Assembly (NCBI GenBank): GCA_046542505.1
Contig: JBKHBH010000028.1
Span: forward strand, 1 to 21,896
Direction: 5' to 3'
Source of the DNA: Thermovirgaceae bacterium
GTDB lineage: Bacteria; Synergistota; Synergistia; Synergistales; Thermovirgaceae
DNA length: 21,896 nt
Position numbers and translations under genes: made by a program. Below, piece after piece: positions 6,799 through 14,595 of the stretch; position 1 is the first letter of the stretch; the number at the start of each line of letters is the position of its first letter. A model generated the notes under the pieces. The model did not search any database and was not told where the DNA came from. It saw only the letters and a program-made list of their open reading frames with translations.

Positions 6799-8322
6799 AT
6801 GTGGATCAAAGAGAACATGGTCTTTATTGTTTCACTCGTCATGGTGGGATTCGTCATAACCTTTGGAGTCGCAAGCCCGAAGGAATTTGATTTCATCTCA
6901 TCCATGATCCACGAGGGAATCCTCGACTATTTCAGCTGGGGTTACACGGTAGCCCCTTTCATCTTCCTGGTCTTCAGCCTCGTTCTGGCTTTCAGCAAAT
7001 ACGGATCCACGAAACTGGGCAAGGACAGCGAAAAACCACAGTACAGCTATTTCGCCTGGTTCAGCATGCTCTTTGCCGCCGGAATGGGGATCGGGCTCGT
7101 TTTCTGGAGCGTATCGGAACCCCTCATGCATTATGCCAACCCGCCGGCGGGAATCGCCGGATCATCGGCGGAATCGGCACGCTTTGCCATGAAGCACGTT
7201 TTCTTTCACTGGGGTCTGCAGCCCTGGGCTATTTATGTCGTCATGAGCCTGGCTATCGCCTATTTCTGTTTCCGCCGGGGGATGCCCACGCTTATCTCGA
7301 GCGCTCTTTATCCACTTTTGGGGGACAGAATCCATGGTTTCTGGGGTCAAGCCGTAGATATTCTGGCCGTTTTCGCCGTGGTGTTCGGTATCGCCACCTC
7401 TCTCGGTCTGGGAACCATGCAGATTTCCAGTGGCCTCGCCTACGTCTTTCCCTCCATCCAGGATACGCAGATTACGTGGTTTGCCATCATCGCCGTGGTT
7501 ACCGTCATGTACATGATATCCGCCATGCGGGGTCTCGACAGGGGCATACAGGTCCTCAGCCGAGCCAATATCGGCGTCGCGGCGACCCTGCTTCTGGCGA
7601 TGCTTTTCATCGGACCGACCACCTTTATCCTCAACGTTTTGATTACAACCCTGGGTGACTATTTTTCGTCACTTTTGTCCATGAGTCTCAACGCCAACCC
7701 TTACGAAGGGTATCGGTGGACCAAAAACTGGACGCTGTTTTTCTGGGCTACCTGGATCTCCTGGGCCCCTTTCGTAGGGCTTTTCGTGGCAAGCATTTCA
7801 AGGGGCCGGACGATTCGGGAATTTGTCCTGGGGGCCTTGCTGGTTCCGTCCCTTTTGACGTTTATCTGGTTTGCCGTTTTCGGCGGCGCCGCCTTCGACC
7901 TCCAGCTCAACCAGGGGTACGAAATAGCCGCAGAGACGGCCCAAAACGTATCCACAGGACTTTTCAGTGTCTTTGCCTACTTCCCGGCAAGCTGGCTTTT
8001 GACAGGCGTCGCCCTGCTTCTTCTCACCATATTCTTTGTAACCTCCGCCGATTCATCGACCCTTGTCCTTGCCATGATGACATCAAGGGGAGACCTGACC
8101 CCCCCGACTTACCGAAAGTTCGTCTGGGGCATCCTGCAGTCTTCCGTGGCGGCTATCCTGCTGGCCTCGGGAGGACTTGACGCCCTCCGCAAGATGGCAA
8201 TCTCCTCCGCACTGCCCTTTACGCTCATCATGCTCGTGCTCTGTTACTCCCTTCTCAAGGCCCTTCGCTACGAATACACCCATGAGCGGAAGCTCGCCAA
8301 TTACTCCGATCTTCAAGACTAG
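6799..8322 (+). CDS. BCCT family (betaine/carnitine/choline) transporter
   Basis: WFSMLFAAGMGIGLVFW, FFHWG.PWAIY, GIATSLG, WISWAPFVGLFVASISRGRTIREF, FFVTSADS. Confidence 0.96.
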   Translation: MWIKENMVFIVSLVMVGFVITFGVASPKEFDFISSMIHEGILDYFSWGYTVAPFIFLVFSLVLAFSKYGSTKLGKDSEKPQYSYFAWFSMLFAAGMGIGLVFWSVSEPLMHYANPPAGIAGSSAESARFAMKHVFFHWGLQPWAIYVVMSLAIAYFCFRRGMPTLISSALYPLLGDRIHGFWGQAVDILAVFAVVFGIATSLGLGTMQISSGLAYVFPSIQDTQITWFAIIAVVTVMYMISAMRGLDRGIQVLSRANIGVAATLLLAMLFIGPTTFILNVLITTLGDYFSSLLSMSLNANPYEGYRWTKNWTLFFWATWISWAPFVGLFVASISRGRTIREFVLGALLVPSLLTFIWFAVFGGAAFDLQLNQGYEIAAETAQNVSTGLFSVFAYFPASWLLTGVALLLLTIFFVTSADSSTLVLAMMTSRGDLTPPTYRKFVWGILQSSVAAILLASGGLDALRKMAISSALPFTLIMLVLCYSLLKALRYEYTHERKLANYSDLQD

Positions 8323-8388
8323 CTGTTTTTCCTTTCACGACTGAATTGCCCCGGAGCTCGCAGGCCTGAATTTTCCGAAAAATGCATC

Positions 8389-8417
8389 TTGACAGAGCGG
8401 TGCCACGCTCGTATGAT
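8389..8417 (+). promoter_or_regulatory. Sigma70 promoter of the GntR gene
   Basis: TTGACA-17 bp-TATGAT, near consensus. It lies downstream of the ORF-track ATG at 8382, so that ATG is probably not the start. Confidence 0.85.
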
Positions 8418-8421
8418 CATT

Positions 8422-8443
8422 TTGAATCCATTACTGGATACAA
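8422..8443. promoter_or_regulatory. Putative GntR operator
   Basis: TTGAATCCA-ttac-TGGATACAA, an 8/9 inverted repeat over the predicted transcription start. Confidence 0.6.
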
Positions 8444-8465
8444 CTTTGTGAAGAAGGTGGACTAC

Positions 8466-9179
8466 TTGCCCCGAATCACGGCTGAGCAGAAAGCCTATGA
8501 CGGGATCATCGATCTCATGCTCTCCAAGACTTTTGCGCCGGGAGACCGGCTCATGGAGACAGAACTTGCCGAGAAGCTCCAGGTCAGCCGGACGCCGGTC
8601 CGAAACGCACTCAGACAGCTTATCGCCGAAGGACTCCTGGAAACGGACCATCACAGGGGATGCCACATCCCGAGGCTCAACGCCCTTGACATGCAGCAGA
8701 CCTTCCAGGCCAGGATCTTCCTTGAAGGCAAGGCCGCCATGGAGGCGGCTCACCTTCGAACCGACGAAGACGTGTCAACTCTCAGAAGACTTCTCCAGCA
8801 GGAAAAAGAATTTTACAAAAACGGCGAAGTCAAGCTCTATACAGACGTCAACAAGAAGCTCCACCTCACCGTCGCCGCATTGAGCCGAAACACTTATATC
8901 GAAAAATTCGTCCGCCAGACTTTCTGGAGATCCGAACTCTATATTTTCTACTTTGACCGTTTCTACGCTCCGGAACTGTCCAAAGAACTCCTCAGGGACC
9001 CCCACAAATCCATCAGTTGCATCGAACACGAAAAGATCGTTTCCGCCATCGAAGCCCGTGACTCCACCGCGGCGGAAGTAGTCATGAAAGCCCATCTCCA
9101 GAGCACCCTTGATTACCTGTATCCCCGTTTCCGCGTGTACGGCACGACCGGCGCGGTCGGCCTTACCACGCAGGAATAG
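8466..9179 (+). CDS. GntR family transcriptional regulator (FCD domain)
   Basis: wHTH PGDRLMETELAEKLQVSRTPVRNALRQL; FCD LH...EHEKIVSAI...HL. Start taken as TTG 8466 after AAGGTGG; GTG 8448 is an alternative. Confidence 0.92.
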   Translation: MPRITAEQKAYDGIIDLMLSKTFAPGDRLMETELAEKLQVSRTPVRNALRQLIAEGLLETDHHRGCHIPRLNALDMQQTFQARIFLEGKAAMEAAHLRTDEDVSTLRRLLQQEKEFYKNGEVKLYTDVNKKLHLTVAALSRNTYIEKFVRQTFWRSELYIFYFDRFYAPELSKELLRDPHKSISCIEHEKIVSAIEARDSTAAEVVMKAHLQSTLDYLYPRFRVYGTTGAVGLTTQE

Positions 9180-9275
9180 ACATCAAATTCCCAAAAGACG
9201 GGAGGTGGGAAAGACACCCGACGCTCTCATGCACCTCACTGGAAAGGCCAAATCAGAAAGGAGAGTTTTCAGCTG

Positions 9276-10820
9276 ATGGATCATTACGGATTTTTATCTA
9301 TCCTCCCCCCGCTTGTTGCGGTCATACTGGCCGTCAAGTACAAGAACGTCATCATGGCCCTTTTCACGGGGTCTCTTCTCGGGACCTTCGTCCTGGCGAA
9401 GTGGAACCCCATTACCGCTCTTTCAATGCTCATCAAGGACTACATTTTCGTCCAGGCTGCCAGTTCCTATAACTCGAGCCTGCTGGTCATGATGGTCTTC
9501 ATCGGGGGCTTCGTCGGCGTGGTAACCCATTCCGGCGGTGCTGCGGCCTTTGCCAACTCCGTCGCCCACTGGATCAACAACCGCTTCAAGGCCCATCTTG
9601 CAGTGTGGTTCGCCGGCATAGCCATCTTTTTCAGTGATTCGGGGAATCCCCTGATCCTGGGCCCGACCTTTCAGCCCATTACGGACAAACTCAGGATGAG
9701 CCGCGAGAAACTGGCCTGGCTTCTGGACAGCACGGCGTCTCCGGTCTGCATCCTCATCCCCTTCATCGGGTGGGGAATCTACATCATGGGACTGATCAAG
9801 GAAGAATTCGACGGCGCGGGGATCGCCGAGTCGGAGTTCACGGCCTTTTTGAACGTCATCCCCTTTCAGTTCTACGCCCTGGGAACGTTGTTCATGATTC
9901 CCCTTGTGGCATACCTTGGATTCGAATTCAGCGCCATGTACCGGGCGGAGAAACGGACCATCGAGACAGGCCAGCCACTGTGGCCCGATGCCAAGCCAAC
10001 CAGGCCCGCCGTTGAAATAGACGAAAAGACGGGCGCCAAGGCCAGGGCATCCATGATGGTGCTCCCCTTGATCGTTCTTTTCGTCTGCCTTTTCGGTTTG
10101 CTTATTCCCCACGGGTTCCCCTTCAAGGCACCTCCCGGCGATGTTCTTCGCATGGCCCTCTGTTTCGGCTACTTCATGGGAGCCATTACCTGTATCGGGC
10201 TGATGGTGAAACACAAGGTCAAGACCGGCTCGGAAGCCTTCAAGATGTACATGGACGGCGCCAAGGAGATCGTGTTCATCCTGATGATCCTGGTATTGGC
10301 CTGGTCGCTGGGTTCGGTCTGCAAAGCCCTTGGTACGGCAAACTACATCGTCATGCTTACCCATGGGACGGTTCCCGGCTGGATCGTACCAGCACTGATC
10401 TTCATCACCGGCGCGGCCATCAGCTTCGCCACGGGATCATCCTGGGGAACCTTCGCCATCCTGATGCCACTGGCGATCCCCATGTCCATCTCTTTAGGTG
10501 CGCCCCTCTATGCGTCAATCGCAGCGGTTTTGAGCGGCGGCCTCTTCGGCGATCACTGTTCGCCGATTTCGGACACTACGGTTCTCTCGTCCATGGGTGC
10601 AGCCTGTGACCACATCGATCACGTCAAGACCCAGGTCCCCTACGCTCTTACCGTAGGCCTGGCAAGCGTCATAAGCTACCTCGTCGCCGGCTTCACAGGC
10701 ACGGCGATTACACTGGTGCTCGCCCTCGCACTGGTTCTGGTGTTTACCGTTCTTTTCAGCAAAATCTGGGGGGCCAGGATGCACAACCTTGTCTATACGG
10801 GAAGTCCGAGGGATAATTAG
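9276..10820 (+). CDS. NhaC-family Na+/H+ antiporter-like transporter (probable amino acid or derivative transporter)
   Basis: SILPPLVAV, SREKLAWLLDSTASP, ISFATGSSWGTFAIL, GGLFGDHCSPISDTTVLSS...HIDHVKTQVPYA. AAGGAG RBS. Confidence 0.93.
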   Translation: MDHYGFLSILPPLVAVILAVKYKNVIMALFTGSLLGTFVLAKWNPITALSMLIKDYIFVQAASSYNSSLLVMMVFIGGFVGVVTHSGGAAAFANSVAHWINNRFKAHLAVWFAGIAIFFSDSGNPLILGPTFQPITDKLRMSREKLAWLLDSTASPVCILIPFIGWGIYIMGLIKEEFDGAGIAESEFTAFLNVIPFQFYALGTLFMIPLVAYLGFEFSAMYRAEKRTIETGQPLWPDAKPTRPAVEIDEKTGAKARASMMVLPLIVLFVCLFGLLIPHGFPFKAPPGDVLRMALCFGYFMGAITCIGLMVKHKVKTGSEAFKMYMDGAKEIVFILMILVLAWSLGSVCKALGTANYIVMLTHGTVPGWIVPALIFITGAAISFATGSSWGTFAILMPLAIPMSISLGAPLYASIAAVLSGGLFGDHCSPISDTTVLSSMGAACDHIDHVKTQVPYALTVGLASVISYLVAGFTGTAITLVLALALVLVFTVLFSKIWGARMHNLVYTGSPRDN

Positions 10821-10835
10821 AATTACAAGCGTATC

Positions 10836-10875
10836 GGGCGGATGCGGCCAGAACGACGCCGCTTCCGCCTTTTTT
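10836..10875 (+). terminator. Rho-independent terminator-like hairpin between transporter and dehydrogenase
   Basis: GGGCGGAtGCGGC-loop-GCCGCtTCCGCCT followed by TTTTT. Confidence 0.7.
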
Positions 10876-10910
10876 CAGACTTTTTAAGACCCTCAAGGAA
10901 GGTGTTTATT

Positions 10911-12236
10911 GTGAAAGAAATTCTCGTATTGGGAGCCGGGCGGGTAGCCAAACCGTGCGTGCAGTATCTGCTCCGGAACACACCCCATCATGTCACCGTT
11001 GTCGACATCGACGACAGGAACTTCGAGAGGGTGACGGAAAATCATGAACGAAGCACCGCTTTCATCGGAGACGCTGCACAGGACACCCAAGGCATCATCG
11101 AAAAGGTCAAACCCGACATCCTGATCAACCTGCTCCCTCCACATCTCATGGCTCCCGTGGCCGCCCTCTGTGTCGAGACCGGCGTCAATTACATCAACCC
11201 CTCCTACATCAAGGACGACATGCGGGAACTGGACGCCCCGGCCAAAGAAAAGGGGCTCCTGCTTTTGTGCGAACTGGGACTGGATCCCGGCATCGACCAC
11301 ATGTCCGCCGCCAAGACCGTCAGGGAAATCCACGACGAAGGCGGAACGGTGGAATCTTTCTGGTCCTGCTGCGGAGCCCTTCCCTCACTCAAGGACAACA
11401 CGAACCCCTTCGGATACAAGCTGTCCTGGGCGCCGGGGTCGCTGATCGGAGCCAGCAAACGGACCGCCCGGATCATGGAAGACGGGGAAACCGTCGTGAT
11501 GCCTGACGGAGAGACCTTCAGGCACCCCCACATGGTTCACGTGGAAGGTCTCGGCTGGTTCGAGGAATACGCCAATGCCGATTCCCTTCCCTACGTCGAT
11601 CTCTATGGAATGCCGGAAGTGAAAAACGTCTACCGCGGAACTTTCCGCTACGTGGGATGGTCGGAAACCATCGCCAAGATGAACGAACTGGGCCTTTTTG
11701 AAGAGGAAAGAAGCGACCTCAGCGGTCTTACCTATAGAAAGTTCACGGCAAAGCTTGCCGGGGCAAAAGACGGAGAGGCCGCCGAAGACGCGCTGCTTCG
11801 TTTTACGGGACGCGAGTCCTTCTCTTCGGTGGCACTCAAACTCAAGTGGCTCGGGCTCCTGGACGACAGGAAAATTCCATTCGAATCGGGAAGCCCCAGG
11901 GATGTGGTGACCTCGCTCTATGCGGAAAAACTCGTCTACAGCGAGGGCGAACAGGACCTGGTGGTCATGGAGCACCGCTACGTGGCTCATTTCCCGGAAA
12001 CCGGCAAGCGCATGCAGATCAAGTCGACGCTGATCGATCATGGCCAGGCCGATGGAGAAACATCCATCGCCCGCACCACGGGAATTCCCCCGGCCATCGG
12101 GACCGCACTGTTCCTCGACGGCAAAATCTCCGCGAAGGGCGTCCAGGCGCCTGTTCTGCCCGAGATTTACGAGCCCTCGCTGAAGCTGCTGGAAAACGAG
12201 GGGATCCGGTTCACCGAGCGAAGGAAAGAAATCTAG
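10911..12236 (+). CDS. Saccharopine dehydrogenase (glutamate-forming, Lys9/AASS-SDH-like) family protein
   Basis: Rossmann ILVLGAGRVA; ELGLDPGIDHM; CGALP...NPFGYKLSW; YANADSLPY; RGTFRY; IARTTGIP. GTG start after AAGGAAGGTG. Confidence 0.93.
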   Translation: MKEILVLGAGRVAKPCVQYLLRNTPHHVTVVDIDDRNFERVTENHERSTAFIGDAAQDTQGIIEKVKPDILINLLPPHLMAPVAALCVETGVNYINPSYIKDDMRELDAPAKEKGLLLLCELGLDPGIDHMSAAKTVREIHDEGGTVESFWSCCGALPSLKDNTNPFGYKLSWAPGSLIGASKRTARIMEDGETVVMPDGETFRHPHMVHVEGLGWFEEYANADSLPYVDLYGMPEVKNVYRGTFRYVGWSETIAKMNELGLFEEERSDLSGLTYRKFTAKLAGAKDGEAAEDALLRFTGRESFSSVALKLKWLGLLDDRKIPFESGSPRDVVTSLYAEKLVYSEGEQDLVVMEHRYVAHFPETGKRMQIKSTLIDHGQADGETSIARTTGIPPAIGTALFLDGKISAKGVQAPVLPEIYEPSLKLLENEGIRFTERRKEI

Positions 12237-12266
12237 TCCCGCTTCGGATCAAAGACATTCATCAAT

Positions 12267-12302
12267 AAAAAGGGGCCTTCTGCAAACGGGAAGGCCCTTT
12301 TT
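12267..12302. terminator. Rho-independent terminator, possibly bidirectional
   Basis: AAAAAGGGGCCTTC-loop-GAAGGCCCTTTTT. Confidence 0.85.
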
Positions 12303-12328
12303 GGTGCAATCCGTTCCATTCCTTTCCA

Positions 12329-12406
12329 CCCGTTGATCTTGTAACCTCGGAATCACTGCACCCCCAACTCAAGGAGGGAATTCTGAGTGAGGCCTATTAT
12401 GTCGCC
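12329..12406 (+). pseudogene. C-terminal remnant of an MNT antitoxin gene
   Basis: Reads PVDLVTSESLHPQLKEGILSEAYYVA, a typical MNT C-terminus, overlapping the HEPN ATG. No start codon or GS/DxD region lies between it and the upstream terminator. Confidence 0.8.
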
Positions 12407-12746
12407 CAGGAACTGGGCCTTCAGAATTCAGGATATCCTCAAAGCTGTTGAGAAAATTGAAACCTGCACCCAGGGTATGTCTTTTGAGGAATTTGTGGAA
12501 GACCGCAAGACCGTCGATGCCGTAATCAGGAACCTTACAACCATTGGTGAGGCTGCGATTCATATACCCGAAGAAGTAATTTTGAAATATCCCTATGTCC
12601 ACTGGAAAGAAATGAAAGGCATGAGGAACATAGTCGTACATGAATATTTTGGAGTCTCTGACCGGATAATCTGGGCCACAATTCAAAAGGATCCGCCTGT
12701 CGTAAATCAACAACTCCTGGATTTACAAGAAAAAATCGAGGAATAA
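12399..12746 (+). CDS. HEPN/DUF86 (HepT-like) toxin, orphan
   Basis: MSPRNWAFRIQDIL...DAVIRNLTTIGEAA...WKEMKGMRNIVVHEYFG with intact Rx4H. Confidence 0.9.
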   Translation: MSPRNWAFRIQDILKAVEKIETCTQGMSFEEFVEDRKTVDAVIRNLTTIGEAAIHIPEEVILKYPYVHWKEMKGMRNIVVHEYFGVSDRIIWATIQKDPPVVNQQLLDLQEKIEE

Positions 12747-12783
12747 CCTGTCCGTCAGTATTACGTGGCAATGTGATGATCGC

Positions 12784-13776
12784 TCACGAGAAAAGCAGTT
12801 CCAGGAAGGCCTTTTTATCCATGCCCCGGATGTAATGGCCAAGCTGGAGTCCCTCCACCTTTCGTGCCACATCCACCTCGCGGAAGGGCACACCCTTGAA
12901 GTTCTCCTGCAGGGTCCTGATGTCACCGTTTCCGAAGAAGTCCCCGTAAATCCGGCAATCCGTCACAATCCCTTTCTGGACGTTGAGCCTGACGTCGACT
13001 TTCCCGAAGTCGAAGCGTTTGTTCCGCCTCACGTCGAATTCAGGCGACCTGCCGTAGTTCCATTCCCAGGTCCCGTATTTTTGCTCCGCCAGTTTTCGGG
13101 CTTTTTCGAAGATTCCGGGACCAGCTTCCACGATCCTGAATCCGGAACGCCAGGTCTTCATGGTTTCGATAACGGCCTCCCAGAAATCCTCCAGCGTGAC
13201 CTTTTCCGGAAGCCAGGGCCGGACGTTGGTCACCCGGCTTTTTATGGACTTGACGCCCTTGGACTGGTATTTTCCCGGTTCCGTCTGGAGCACCTTGCCG
13301 AGGACCTCGAGGTCGCTGTCAAAGAGGATGGTCCCGTGGTGAAGGAAACGCCCCTTTCTCATGTACTGGGCGTTGCCGGAAAATTTCCTGTCCTCGATGA
13401 CAAGGTCGTTGCGGCTGTTGAATCCGGCATTGACGCCGAATTCCCTGAGTGCCAGGACAACGGGTTCCGTCATGCGCCTGAAGTCCAGCCGGCGGGGATC
13501 TTCGCTTTTGAGGATAAAGGTGAAGTTCAGGTTCCCAAGGTCGTGATAGACGGCGCCGCCGCCGGACATGCGCCGGACCACGTTGACGCCGAGTTCTCTC
13601 ACCGACTCGGCGTTGATCTCCTCCAGGGTGTTCTGGAACCGCCCGATGATGATCGACGGCTCATTGCGCCAGAGGAGAAAATAGCCGTCGTCCTCACTGT
13701 CCACGGAGTGGAAAAGCACCTCTTCCAGAGCCAGATTAAAGCGCGGGTCGTTGCTGGAATTTTCGATATATTTCAC
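12784..13776 (-). CDS. lplA: Lipoate-protein ligase A
   Basis: NLALEE, IIIGRFQN, VRRMSGGGAVYHDLGNLNF, RNDL...KFSGNAQ, HHGT, WEWNYG, IYGDFF. GGAGGGAG RBS before GTG 13776. Confidence 0.96.
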   Translation of the reverse strand: MKYIENSSNDPRFNLALEEVLFHSVDSEDDGYFLLWRNEPSIIIGRFQNTLEEINAESVRELGVNVVRRMSGGGAVYHDLGNLNFTFILKSEDPRRLDFRRMTEPVVLALREFGVNAGFNSRNDLVIEDRKFSGNAQYMRKGRFLHHGTILFDSDLEVLGKVLQTEPGKYQSKGVKSIKSRVTNVRPWLPEKVTLEDFWEAVIETMKTWRSGFRIVEAGPGIFEKARKLAEQKYGTWEWNYGRSPEFDVRRNKRFDFGKVDVRLNVQKGIVTDCRIYGDFFGNGDIRTLQENFKGVPFREVDVARKVEGLQLGHYIRGMDKKAFLELLFS

Positions 13777-13916
13777 GGCAGCTCCCTCCATCCCTCCAAA
13801 AACCGCTTCAGCGACAGGCAAAACATGTCCCGTTCCATTTACTCCATTTTATACTTTGCGGCCGGTCCCGCCCTGCCGGATTCGGGCTCAGGAAACACCG
13901 AAGGGTCGGTCCCTGC

Positions 13917-13945
13917 TTGCGGGCTTTCATGGACCATGATATAAG
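13917..13945 (+). promoter_or_regulatory. Putative promoter of the LysE gene
   Basis: TTGCGG-17 bp-TATAAG with an extended -10 TG. Confidence 0.5.
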
Positions 13946-13984
13946 CAGTCCGTGGAGGTTCAAGCCTCTGCAGGAGGAATCCCG

Positions 13985-14578
13985 ATGGAGCCGGATATAT
14001 TTGCTTTCCTGTCGTACGTAATCGTCGTTTCCTTCACGCCCGGACCCAACAACATCCTCGTCATGTCCTTCGCGGCGAAGTTGGGATATCGAAAGACTCT
14101 GCATTATATTGCCGGTGTCTTCGTCGGCTTCGCCACCTTGACACTCACAGCGGCCTATTTCAACATCTTTTTGTCCAGGCTTCTGCCGGCGCTGGCCCCG
14201 TACCTGAAAACAGCGGGCGCCTTTTACGTGCTCTTTCTGATGTACAAGGTCCTGACCTCCAGACCCGGCGGGGAATCAAAAGTCCTTTCGAAACTCTGTT
14301 CCTTTCCGGCGGGAGTGGGGCTCCAGTTTCTGAATGTCAAGGGGATCCTCTATGCCCTCACCGTGACCTCGGCCTTTATCCTGCCTTTTTCCGAATCCGC
14401 GACGGTGATCGCTTTCGCCGCCCTTTTTCTGGCCGGAGTGGCAATCACGAGCAACATTCTCTGGGCCCTGTTCGGCACGGTCTTCCAGGTGGCCCTTGCC
14501 AGGCATTACAAGATCTTCAACGGCATCATGGGGCTTCTGCTCCTCTACGTGGCCTTGTCAATCCTCGGCTGGGTCTAG
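13985..14578 (+). CDS. LysE/RhtB family amino acid exporter
   Basis: SFTPGPNNIL and GLQFLNVKG motifs, about six TM helices, AGGAGG RBS before ATG 13985. Confidence 0.92.
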   Translation: MEPDIFAFLSYVIVVSFTPGPNNILVMSFAAKLGYRKTLHYIAGVFVGFATLTLTAAYFNIFLSRLLPALAPYLKTAGAFYVLFLMYKVLTSRPGGESKVLSKLCSFPAGVGLQFLNVKGILYALTVTSAFILPFSESATVIAFAALFLAGVAITSNILWALFGTVFQVALARHYKIFNGIMGLLLLYVALSILGWV

Positions 14579-14595
14579 GAAACCCTACCTCCGGT

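Noticed and set aside
9187..9240. Alternative short pairings (TTCCCA/TGGGAA, GAGGTG/CACCTC) between gntR and the transporter as a regulatory RNA
   Set aside because: 6-bp stems are expected by chance and there is no recognisable aptamer or terminator.
12835..13944. Long antisense ORFs (369 aa here; also 1416-2375, 9423-10364, 19309-20238)
   Set aside because: They are shadows of clear genes on the opposite strand in GC-rich DNA and carry no recognisable motifs.
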